Positions 13,688-24,517 of a DNA stretch of 64,000 nucleotides are shown here, piece by piece. A program made the position numbers and the translations under genes. The notes under the pieces were generated by a model, which did no database searches, was not told the origin of the DNA, and saw nothing but the letters and a program-made list of their open reading frames with translations. The stretch lies in the NCBI GenBank assembly GCA_964016885.1, contig OZ024741.1, positions 320,044,001-320,108,000 of the forward strand, written 5' to 3'. This DNA is from Eledone cirrhosa. Taxonomy: Eukaryota. The stretch's first letter is position 1; each line of letters starts with the position of its first letter.

Positions 13688-13730
13688 ATAGTGCTGATGA
13701 CAGCTAATAAGCTAGAAACTAGTTCATCGT
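13688..13730 (+). ncRNA. Minimal hammerhead ribozyme (H1)
   Basis: atagtg-CTGATGA-cagctaataagcta-GAAA-CTAGTT-catcgt; stem I partly eroded. Confidence 0.68.
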
Positions 13731-14666
13731 TCCTTAGGCAGTGTTGAACAGAAGGGCAACGACGATGGTTGCGAACACTGTACGGCTACTAATTTGGGCT
13801 GTTTGTTTACAAACAAACCGAGCATTATAATAAATGTTCGGTAAAGCCATACGTGCATATATATATATATGTGCATGTATGTATCTATATACATACTAGT
13901 GTACGTCTGTATACATATATGTATGTACGTATACATACTTATATTTAAGTATCAGCCGTACTAAGAGTGAGAAATGAAATTTCATTTTTTCCCATATATA
14001 TATATATGACATAAATGGTGACTTTTCTGCCTCAATCTAGAAGCAATTTCTTCCCACCAATCATGAAGGCCCTAAAAAGGATATTGTCACTGTCTTACAA
14101 CCCCTAATTAAAACATAAAACAATCAGTTGTGTTTGTACATGTTAAAGTCTTGTGTGGTTACATGTGTATATATGCATATACACATAAGTTGACCGAGGC
14201 ATAATCACAGTTTAAAACCAACATACTGGGACATGTATGTTTATTATATATAAACGGGCTAATTGCTTTCATAGACGATTCTATTATGAATCCTGGAAAT
14301 TAATGCAACACAGACTTACTCAGACAGACACACACACTCACTCACGCACACACTCACTCACGCACATACTCACACACGCACCCCTCCCCACACACATATA
14401 TCTGCCAACATCACTCGATCATTTCTGTTTTAATTTTAATTGTATATCATTTCGGTTTAAGGAAGACTTAGTAAGCTTTTACCGTTTACGTTTGGCAGAT
14501 GAACATAAAAAAATTCAGTACTCTCATAATATAGCATTGTTTCTTATAAATTAGTCGCAATACCATATTACAGAAGTATCTCGAAGAATTAAAAAGACGA
14601 AATAAAAGACAAATATATATCGATGCTTGTGCGTGCGTATATCGATGGTTGTGCGTATATCTATGT

Positions 14667-14737
<71 letters not shown>

Positions 14738-14782
14738 TATAACTATATTACATTCTCTCCCTCCCTATTATCTATCTATCTA

Positions 14783-14834
<52 letters not shown>

Positions 14835-14836
14835 TA

Positions 14837-16148
14837 CGAGGTGTGTCAGAAAAGTTCCAGGACTGATCACAACAAAAGATTTATTTCAAACCCAAACTTC
14901 ACACTAAGAGTTTTCATCTTCAAACTAACCCCCCTGGAGTATGTAACTGTAATCTTAGCTCTCTGCAGCGATGAAACTTTTTCTTCATAATTGTATATAC
15001 ATGTCCTCTGTTTCAGGTCGTCAAGCAATGCAAACAAAGCAAAAAACAAACTTCAAATTTCTGTTCCAGTTGGGGAAAACTCCGTCAGAACCACTGGGAT
15101 TGCTGCAGCAAGTGTATGGAGATGAGACGATGTCACGCTCACGTGTTTTTGAGTGGTGCAAGAGGTTTAAAGAAGGACGCAAGGACGTGGAAGATGACCC
15201 CAGGAGCCGAAGGCCCTCAACAACCAGGACTGAGGTCAACGTTGAGCGCGTCAGGCAGATGCTGCGTAGCGATCGTCGGCCGCCTGTGAGATTGATGGCA
15301 ATTGAGCTGGGCAGGAATCGGGACAGCGTCTGGAAGATTCTCACTGAAGATTTGGACATGCAGAAAGTCTGCGCGAAGATGGTGCCAAAACTGCTGAACG
15401 ATGACCAGAGGGCTCGACGCATGCAGGTGTGCCAGGACATCTTCGAGCGTCTTGAAACCGAACCAGACTTGCTTGGGACAGTCATCACTGGTGATGAGTC
15501 ATGGATCTTCGAGTACGACCCGGAAACCAAACGCCAGAGCCTTCAGTGGAAGAGTCCGTCGTCGCCAAGGCCGAAGAAAGTACGACAGTCGAAGTCCAAA
15601 GTCAAGGTTATGTTGATCATATTTTTCGATGTGAGGAGGATCGTCCACTGCGAGTTCTTTCCACAGGGCCAGACGATGAACTAACATGTCTACAAAGAGA
15701 TACTGCAGCGTTTGCTTCGTTCTGTGCATGAGAAGAGGCGAGAGTTGTGGCAGGACAACTCGTGACTGCATCACCATGACAACGCGCCTGCTCACAATGC
15801 CCTGAACATCCGACAGTTCCTAGCCGAGAAGAACATCGCCGTGCTGGAGCAACCTCCCTACTCCCCCGACCTGGCTCCGTGTGATTTTTTTCTATTCCCC
15901 AAGCTCAAGGGGTCATCAAGAGGACCCGTTTTGAAGACGTGGACGACATCAAAAAGGCCGTGACGACGGAACTGCGGAGGTTCCCGGAAGAATCCTTCCA
16001 GGAGTGCATGCAAGCGTGGCAGAAAAGGATGGAAAAGTGCATTACAGTCCAGGGGGATTACTTTGAAGGAGAAAACTCTTAGTGTGAAGTTTGGATTTGA
16101 AATAAATCTTTTGTAACATCAGTCCTGCAACTTTTCTGACACACCTCA
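14837..16148 (+). mobile_element. Mariner (DD34D) DNA transposon, full length, TA-flanked
   Basis: TIRs CGAGGTGTGTCAGAAAAGTT... / ...AACTTTTCTGACACACCTCA with TA on both sides, and an internal transposase. Confidence 0.95.
15028..16082 (+). pseudogene. Mariner transposase pseudogene
   Basis: HTH region, KMVPK, VITGDESW, LHHDNAPAH and PPYSPDLAPCDF; 34 residues between D2 and D3. Stops at ~15682 and ~15763; frameshift at ~15910. Confidence 0.93.
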
Positions 16149-16182
16149 TATATATATATATGTATTATTATATATATTAAAT

Positions 16183-16525
16183 GCGCGGGGATTAGTGGTT
16201 AGAAGGTTGTATTCAAAATCGTGAGGTTGTAAGTTTGATTTTCGGACCGGGGGATGCGTTGTGTCCATCAATATAATTTGATCAATATGATTTGTTTCAG
16301 TTTGCTCCCGTTCATTCAGCTGTAGAAATTAGTTGCGTGGTCTCTTGTACCAAGCTGTATCAGCCTTTGCTTTCCCCATGGACAAAATCGCTGACGTGGA
16401 GGGTGAGACTGTTATGCTTGGGTGACTGCTTGTCTTCCAGAAAAAGTCATTGCCCGGGCTTGTGCCTCCAAGGAGTACTTTCTGGTGCAAATATCCTGGT
16501 CATTCGTGACCGAAAGTGATCTTTA
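16183..16525 (+). mobile_element. tRNA-derived SINE (degenerate)
   Basis: Head with A/B-box-like segments (gattagtggttaga...gaggttgtaagtttgatttt). The tail segment gcttgtgcct..ggtgcaaa..tggtcat is also seen at ~10836-10882. Confidence 0.6.
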
Positions 16526-16767
16526 CTCATGTATGTGTTAGCGTGCTAGCATGAATAGCTATGCATACAAATACACGCGTACTCACACTTACACTCACAC
16601 TAAGATTTCCGAACGAATATGACGCCTCAACGGACACAATGAATTTCATACAACTCACTAATAGCTACAAAAACGCAAAACATCACAAGCACATTCACAG
16701 ACATACGTATAATCACACCACTCATTTTTTCTTCTCACTTTTTCTTCCCATTTTTTCTACCCACAAA

Positions 16768-16811
16768 TCTACGCTGATGAAGACCAGTTAAGTCTGAAAT
16801 GCATCGACGAT
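16768..16811 (+). ncRNA. Minimal hammerhead ribozyme (H2), 5' stem I strand lost
   Basis: CTGATGA, stem II agac/gtct, GAAA, palindromic ATGCAT, AUC triplet, 3' strand gacgat. Confidence 0.6.
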
Positions 16812-17038
16812 TGTCACCCTTGCTTCTTCGGACACCACCAGATGGTGTTAGCCCCGGTGTTTTTTTTTTCACAGCTACGGCTATCTGTATACAGCTAAAT
16901 CCTAATTTTATTCTATTATAAGTTGAGCCAACTTATACAGCTTCATATGCAAATGAGATTAATCACCTCATTTACACAGACGAGAAAACTATATATTCTC
17001 GACTGTTTTCAACTCCAGCAGTCGCAAGCGTGGAAGGG

Positions 17039-17082
17039 ATCATCCTGATGAAGACCAGTTAAGTCTGAAATACATCGACAAT
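17039..17082 (+). ncRNA. Minimal hammerhead ribozyme (H2)
   Basis: atcatc-CTGATGA-agac..gtct-GAAATACATC-gacaat; the two copies give a consensus stem I of atcgtc/gacgat. Confidence 0.6.
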
Positions 17083-17611
17083 TGTCCCCCTTGCTTCTGC
17101 TGGACACCACCAGAGGGTGTTAGCCCCGGTGTTCTTTTCATAGCTACGGCTTCCGAAATGTTTACTCTGTAAGCATACCGCATTTCTTTAGAAATACAAA
17201 ATTTCTATACGTATCTGTATACAGCTATGTTTGAAGCTAAATATTTCTATAAAATATATTTATATTCTCTCCCTTTTTTTCGTCCGTCTTCCTTTTCTCT
17301 CTCTACAAAACAAACGCTACATCTTCTTGTGCTTCCAGCCTTTTCGATCAATGACAAGCATCTGAATCGTCAATACACTGTTATTACTTCTTTTAAGAGT
17401 TAACAGAAAGTATTTATATTATAATATATTACTTTCTGTTGATTATTTTTCATCTATTTCACTTGTGTTCGTAACTTTACCTCATGTTTTATTTATAATG
17501 ATCGATTACATTCATAGTCATTTTCATTCGGGAGGACTACATTTGAAATTTCAAATTTTCCCAAATGGAACATAAATCACATAGATGTATATATACACAC
17601 ACACACGCATG

Positions 17612-17677
<66 letters not shown>

Positions 17678-17687
<10 letters not shown>

Positions 17688-18059
17688 TAAACGGAATAGA
17701 AAATGCTGACAAATTGTTCACAGTGAAAAATAGTTTAATTAGGAATAAGTGAGAATTAGTAATTGTATTGGTTAGTATTCAGTTTTGGTTTTAAGTTTTA
17801 CCGGTTGCGCATTTCTAATGCTTTTCAAAAATAATTTTGAGATAGAGCGTCCGTGATGCTCTGGCAGATCAGAGCAAACATCACGGACGCTCTATCTCAA
17901 AATTATTTTTGAAAAGCATTAGAAATGCGCAACCGGTAAAACTTAAAACCAAAACTGAATACTAACCAATACAATTACTAATTCTCACTTATTCCTAATT
18001 AAACTATTTTTCACTGTGAACAATTTGTCAGCATTTTCTATTCCGTTTACCAATATATA
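17678..18059. repeat. Perfect ~180-bp inverted repeat with a 20-nt spacer
   Basis: 17678-17858 is the reverse complement of 17879-18059; contains an eroded HHR core (ttgaaaa-gcatt aga aatgc-gcaACCGGTA). Confidence 0.92.
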
Positions 18060-18088
18060 ATAACTTGTGTGTTACACCTCTATTCTTT

Positions 18089-18292
<204 letters not shown>

Positions 18293-18529
18293 TGTTTCTT
18301 TATTAGCCACAGGGGCACAAAAGAAGGGGACAAATACAAAGGGGGAAGTTTACATACAATAAAAACGTGTAAATATTATCACAAATGCAATTTAAAAATT
18401 AGTCGATTTTCCCCAATAGGGGGAGACAGTTCATATGGGTAACACATACCCCCGAAAAAATGTGCAACCCTCATCTCCAGGAGTACGAAGAGTTTGTACT
18501 CCCTTCCTCTCCTCCTCCTTTTCCTCAAC

Positions 18530-21525
18530 CTACAGGCTGATATAGAGAGAAGGCCCATTCACTCGGGCCATTCTCGCCACTTTCACCCACCTTTCATAAA
18601 ACTTGCTGGGGTACAGCACCTCTCTCTCCATCCTGATTCTTCTTCCGAAGTGGTATTTGAAAAAAAGAATCAGTTGTTGGCCGGAGAGAAAGGTGTCTGA
18701 CCTCAGCCCTTTCAACCTTGTCCATCATACAACCTCTTTCGCCATAGCTATCACACAAAGGAAAACCGCATCTCCTTCGTTTTTGAAGGAGGGTGGCGGT
18801 TTGATCATGACAATGGACTCGGTGGTCAACCGGATTGGTCCCACCCGCGACAATAGTCGTTCTACATAGCCCCACAGGCCGGTAACGCCCGGGAAGTGTA
18901 TGAATGCGTGCGCGACGGTTTCTTCGTCTCGCACGCACCTCGGACAGATCTTTTTTGCAGGGTCCCTTCCCGGGCGTCCATGTCTGTAGAGCTTGTCTCG
19001 AACTGGTAGAGCTCTTCGGTAGCACTGCCAGGCCAGGGACTTTTGAAAGTTGTCCATCGGTCCCGAGCGGAAGATCCTACCGAACAGACTAGCCAGTTCA
19101 TCTTCCTCTACGCCTAGAGTTTCACCGAGCGCGTCGTCGCACTAGCTGCGTATCAACCCTCTATAGAATGACGAAGTGGAGTCTCCACTGATCGCCAAGT
19201 CCGCCTGCCAGAGGGCTGTGAGAGCCTGAGCACATTCGATGTGCCAGTCGCCCATTTTCCTCGGTCTTTGCTTGACCCAGGACTGCAACTCGGTCAGCGA
19301 GACGAGTCGTGGGAAGGCTCGCTTCACGAACGGGGCCCACACCGGTTGTCCGGTGAGGAATACGTAGAGATGCCGCAGCCTGAGCGCGTGTTTGCGGATC
19401 GTCAGCCACGGCATCACCAGCCTTCCGTTGGAAGGGTGTTGGCAGCAGATGGATCTTGTCACCAAAAGAGCCCGACTCTTCCAAAGGAATTGGAAGAGCG
19501 CGCGCTCCATTTTGGTGAGCGTTTTGGCTAGGCAAGGCACGACGGTCAAGCGGTAGTAGATGGCGGAGGCTATAAAAGTTTTCGCCACCTCCGCTCGACC
19601 TTTCAAGGATAGTTTGCACTCGGCCCAGTTCTGGGTGAGTGCAAACACCTTGGCCGTCACCTCGTTCCAGTTCTTCTCTACCTGGAGGTCCGGACCAAAC
19701 CAGACCCCGAGCAGCTTTACCGATCCTTCCGTCCAGCGTCCTACGACGCCATCGGAAGGCATCGGTTTGCCTCTCCACGATCCGAGTTGCAAACCGATGG
19801 ACTTGTGCCGGTTCAGCTTCGCTCCTGTGAACCTTTCGTATTCCTTCAGTAAGGTGCCGACTTCCTCGATTTGCGAGGCGCTCGACACCATTACTATCAC
19901 GTCGTCGGCGTAGGCCGACGCCGCTTTCCGCAGTTCCGGTTCCAGAGGGATGCCCTGCAATAGCTCCAACTTCCGCAGTAGTGGCTCGAGAGTCAGTACG
20001 TACAGAAGTGAGGAGAGAAGGCATCCCTGTCGAATGGATCGCGTGATATGGAACGGCTCCGAGAGGTAGCCGTTCACCTTGACCCTTGAGCAGATGTTGC
20101 TGTTGTGCATTGCAACAATCCAGCCCCTGAACACGAGTCTTAATCCTGCCGCCTCGAGCACCGCATCCAGGTAACGATGGTCAACCATATCGAAAGCCTT
20201 AGACTGATCGGCCTTTCGCAGTACTTTGTCTCGCTGTCCGAGAGTCGCGGTAGACCGTCGAGGTATGGACCGAAATCCATAGCCTCTCCCGGCGCGCCGC
20301 CCTGCCCTAACAGTTGAGCAAAGTGCTGCTGAAAGGCCGCACACATCTGCTTCGGCTCACGGATCACGCGTCCGTTTTGGTCCTTCAAAGACCGAATCGT
20401 GGACTTGTTGCCACTTTTTGCCTCCGTCACTCGGGCCCAGCTAACAGCTTTGGCTCCCTCGTTTCCGATAATATGTATTTTGCTTCTGACAACGCAGCCT
20501 TCGTGCTTTGCGTCGAAGAACTGGTCCAAGGCCGTTCTCGTTGCTAGCCCGCTGGCTACGTTGCCACTTCTAATTGCCTCTTCTACTTTATCTACCAGTT
20601 CCTTCTCGGTTCTATTTCTATCTAACGCTAATTCTTTACTAAAAACTAACGAGTCTAATCTAACTGACCTCTTGAGAGAGTACCACCATCTGTTGTTGAC
20701 AATGGCCCCTGTCAAGTGTTGTTTAGCTAAAGTGCTAATCCGTCTACTGTAGGCTTTGCATGTCGGTAACGACAAGTTCAGCTTCCAGTAGCCGGGTCCT
20801 TGTCTATGGGTTCTATCAAGGTTGGCCATGCAGGTCACTAGTTTGTGATCTTAATAGGCAACCATGAACATTTGTGGACAGCTTAACATGTCCCTATCCT
20901 TATTTCTAACTAGAACCCTATCTAGGTACGATCTAGATGTTCCGCTAAGATTAGTCCACATCCACAGTGGCGCAGTCGGAAAATCTAGTCGATAGCTATC
21001 GGCCAGGTCAAATCGCTCGATTAACTGTTTGAGGCTGTTACACGCCCCTTTATCGGGACATGCTCCCACATAGTCCCAACGTGCATCTAGGATTCCATTC
21101 CATTCCCCCACTAAAAGCAAGGAGTCGGACGTTCCCAGAAAAGTCTCTAGACGTTTGAAGAAGTCTGGCCGCGGTGTCCCGGATGGGGCATATGCAGCAA
21201 CCAGCCTGAAGGCTCCACCTTCACTACCATCAACGTCTAGGACCACCAGTCGACCCTCCGGGTCCAGATGTACCGTCTGTGTTACGAGGCCCAGGTGTTT
21301 TCGCAGCAAAACTGCAACACCGCCCCCACCCTCCGGCCAACAGAGAGATGCGTAGATCTGAAAGTCATCGAAGATGGGGGCGAGCTGTCGCTCGCTGTGG
21401 ATCCTGGACTCGCAAATGGCTACTACATCCAAACTGTGCGACCTAAGGTCGTTTAAGAGTTTGCCCTGTTTCCAGGGCATCCCCAGGTCGCGTACGTTCA
21501 TACATCCAACTCTTATATTGTCCAT
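18530..21525 (-). pseudogene. Tx1 ORF2 pseudogene
   Basis: MDNIRVGCMNVRDL start, AYAP, GEWN, SYLDR, KAFD, RQGC, YADD, CPRC..H. Confidence 0.9.
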
Positions 21526-22810
21526 GTTGGTGCTGAAAAGTTGGGGGTGTTGGAGGGGTTGTCTGGGTGGGTGGTGGTTTCCGGCTGGGTGGGGACGGAG
21601 ATGTTTGGTGGGGCGGGTCTGGTGGGATGGGGGTGTCTGAGGTGGGGAGACATTTGAGAAAGACGCGGTTAAGTGGTTTCACGCAGGAATTCCCCATATC
21701 CTTTTCAAATGTTTCTTTTAGGGACCTATAAATTTGTATAGGGACCCTAATCAGTTTTAGGTTGATTCTTTTGTTATTTTTAACATAGTGGGCGAAAGTT
21801 TTCCCTTCGGTGAAAACCGAAGGGTTGTTCGTGATGGTCTCCATTAGTGTTTTGTTTTCAGTGTTTATGTAAGTGTAATTTTCTTGTGTTGTGTTTGTTT
21901 TTGTCTGTAGTTCTTGTGTGTGCTTTCGTTTTGTTGTAGGCATTTTGTTTTTAGGAGGTGGGGGTTTTGTTTGTGATTTTTTTGTTGTTTGTGTTGGTGG
22001 TTGTATGTTTGTGGTAGTGTTTGCTGTTTTTTTGCTTTTGTGATGCCTTTCTTTCTTTTCGAGCGATGGGGTTCTCCTACGTCTTCACTGGGTGATGGCG
22101 AGATAGCCTCATCTATTGTATCGTCTGTATGATTGGGGAGGGGTATGTTTTGGGGAGCTGTTGTGTCTGAATGTGATTTTGCAGTGGTTTTAGGAGGAGT
22201 GGGGTTGGGTGGGACTGTGTTTGTTGTGATTATTTTTTGTGTGTTGGTGTTGTTGTTGTGGTGGTGTTGGTGGTTGTGTTATTTTGATGGGTGTCGGCAG
22301 AAGAGTCTTTTTTTGACTCATTAATTTAGGACAGGAAGCCCTCAGGTGACCCCTGCTAAAGCAGTGGTAACATGAAGGCCGCCTACCCCCAACCGAAAAG
22401 TTTATGTAGGTGAGTCCGTCCAGGAGTACACGTTGTGGGATCATAGCTATTCGCTCTGGGCTCATTTGCACCAGAACTTCAACGCTAGTCCCATTGAATA
22501 CATCTCTGGGGGACTTTCCTACAGAAAGTATTCTGTCTTCATCAAAATTTGTGAAGCCGCACAGTATCCACCATATGTTTACCTTTGGTGTGACACTCAT
22601 GATTCTAATCTTTTGTGTCCTTTTTCCCATGTATGTAGGGAAAATGGTATACAGGTTGGATACAATTGGCGACACAGAGTAATTTTGGGCCGTCAATTGA
22701 TCCTTCATGAGTACCGATATACTCCCAAAGAGTTTGCATCTTTGAATGAATGAAATATCATTCATTGAATTTTTGAAAACCAGTTCAATTTCTATCTGTG
22801 AAAATTGCAC
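21443..22810 (-). pseudogene. Tx1 ORF1 (CCHC zinc knuckle, T/P/K-rich linker), frameshifted
   Basis: ORFs 22190-22810 and 21443-21943; similar motifs (YMGKRT, WWI/LL) in ORF1 at 41241-41993. Confidence 0.75.
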
Positions 22811-22929
22811 TGGTTTTCGGGTAGAATTGGTTACAAAATAATATAAAATTTAACTGAAAACTCATGTTTTTTTCTTACATAAATTAACGGAAACTTCTCC
22901 GCGAAGTTACACACGTCTGGTAGACAGAC

Positions 22930-22983
<54 letters not shown>

Positions 22984-23097
22984 ACGTTTAGGTTACCGGT
23001 TTAGACTAGTAAAACAAGGTTCAGCTTAGTACTGGAAACTTGGGAAAGTGGAGCGTATGTAGAGTGAAACGTTCGTTTGCGAAGGCTTAACTTTTCG

Positions 23098-23145
<48 letters not shown>

Positions 23146-23173
23146 GTAATCTGAGTTTTTCGAATATTAATAA

Positions 23174-23361
23174 CTGTTTCTACTTTTGGCACAAGGCCTG
23201 CAATTATCCCAGTGCATTACTGGTACTTTATTTTATCGACCTTGAAAGGATGAAATGCAAAGTTAGCCTCGGCAAGATTTGAACCCAGATCATAAAAGGC
23301 CGTAACTCTATGCTGTAAAGCATGGTGTCCGACCGCTACTGACACTGCCAATCCACCACTC
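23174..23361 (-). mobile_element. tRNA-derived SINE (MetaSINE-like central domain) with ~17-bp TSD
   Basis: The reverse strand carries the CATCCTT..GGTCGATAAAATAAAGTACCAG core. TSD ttttcgaatattaataa at 23157-23173 and 23362-23378. Confidence 0.85.
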
Positions 23362-23481
23362 TTTTCGAATATTAATAATAACATTCGATTCGTTTGCAAT
23401 TATGCAAACAAGCCTCAATTTTATAGCCATGTCAGTAGAATGAACCCTTCATTCTTGCTCTTATGTTGGCATGTGAACAGA

Positions 23482-23527
23482 ACTGCAGACACTAATGTTT
23501 CTGGGTATCACCCTTCATCAGTACAGC
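23482..23527 (-). ncRNA. Type-I hammerhead ribozyme (H3)
   Basis: Reverse strand reads gctgta-CTGATGA-a-gggt gat accc-a-GAAAC-ATTAGT-GTC-tgcagt: 6-bp stem I, near-palindromic ACATTAGTGT, GUC triplet. Confidence 0.78.
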
Positions 23528-24017
23528 TCACTGTTCACCTGCCAAACAGTCAGAGCTAGTGAAATTATATGCTCTTTTCAAAAATACACAGTGATTGATC
23601 GGCCTGATTTGCAATTTAGCAGACTGGCTGACCAGTCAGATCTGCATATTAGCAGATCCACTGATCAGCCAGATTTGCATATCAGCAGACTGGCCAGTCA
23701 GTTTCCTGTATACGAGCAATAAATGGCCGACTTTGTCAAATTCAAATAAAAAAGAAACTTTTTGCTCTATATGGCTGAATACAATAAATGTAATCTGAGT
23801 TTTTTGAATATTAATAACATTCGATTCGTTTGCAATTATGCAAACAAGCCTCAATTTTATAGCCATGTCAGTAGAATGAACCATTCATTCTTGCTCTTGT
23901 GTTGGCATGTAAACTGTCACTGTATATTTTTGAAAATAGCATAATGTCGAAACAATTATTAATATTTGAAAAACTCAGATTACATTTATTGAATTCAGCC
24001 ATGTAGAGCGAAAATTT

Positions 24018-24068
<51 letters not shown>

Positions 24069-24124
24069 TATGTAGGTAGGTGTGGGTGTGTGTTTGTGTG
24101 TATGTGTGTGTATGTGAGTGTGTA

Positions 24125-24168
<44 letters not shown>

Positions 24169-24207
24169 TAATATGAAAGGTAGACTTCAAAAATATGTAA
24201 TGGATTC

Positions 24208-24483
24208 TGTTGTATTCCTCTCGGTACTCGCAGAGAAAACACAACGAGTTATATCAAATAATTTGTGTAATTTGCGAAACAACCAAAACGCCCCTCCTCG
24301 CAGTAGCAGAATAACATAAAGTAAGTAAGTAGCAGTCTGTGACCGAGTTTTTAATACCAACGCTGACTGACTGCCCAGGTCACGTGATTCATATGCAAAC
24401 GTGTGAGCACGTGTAAATTGAATAGAAATTTAACAGTCCATACAACAATGAGGTTGTGAGTTCGATTCCCAGTCCATACAACA
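24208..24483 (-). repeat. 3' LTR
   Basis: Direct repeat of 28831-29105. Confidence 0.95.
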
Positions 24484-24517
24484 CCTCCTCACCGAAATTG
24501 ATGCGACAAAAGAAGCA

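Larger units (their letters stand above)
13030..13990. mobile_element. Second H1-family non-coding element: unit + partial direct copy + inverted copy
   Basis: 13455-13610 repeats 13030-13177 directly; ~13625-13990 is the inverted copy. Clearly homologous to 10988-11827. Confidence 0.78.
16768..17152 (+). repeat. Direct repeat (~110 bp, 16774-16883 and 17045-17151), each copy starting with an HHR (family H2)
   Basis: Both copies read CTGATGA-agac-cagttaa-gtct-GAAAT(G/A)CATC-gac...ccccggtgtt...agctacggct. Confidence 0.8.
18293..22920 (-). mobile_element. Tx1/L1-clade element with ORF1 and ORF2, inserted in (GATA)n/(TCTA)n
   Basis: ORF1 with zinc knuckle CYHCFSRGHLRASC; ORF2 with APE, RT and CCHC. 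3' end AATAAAGAAACA(TATC)n. (GATA)n on both flanks (18236-18292, 22921-22982). Internal RT deletion at ~20206. Confidence 0.92.
23142..24022. repeat. Non-coding HHR-bearing repeat (family H3) with a direct duplication and a short inverted end
   Basis: 23142-23173 plus 23362-23475 is repeated at 23786-23912; 23957-24022 inverts 23750-23817; ~33-bp tandem units at 23597-23701. Confidence 0.7.

Noticed and set aside
16183-16260. tRNA gene
   Set aside because: No complete cloverleaf; it continues into a SINE body.
22991-23035. HHR-like relics (also ~12605-12645, ~48650-48692)
   Set aside because: Core nucleotides are too degenerate to call.
23597-23701. Short regularly spaced repeats, superficially CRISPR-like
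   Set aside because: A tandem ~33-bp minisatellite without unique spacers or cas genes, in eukaryotic context.
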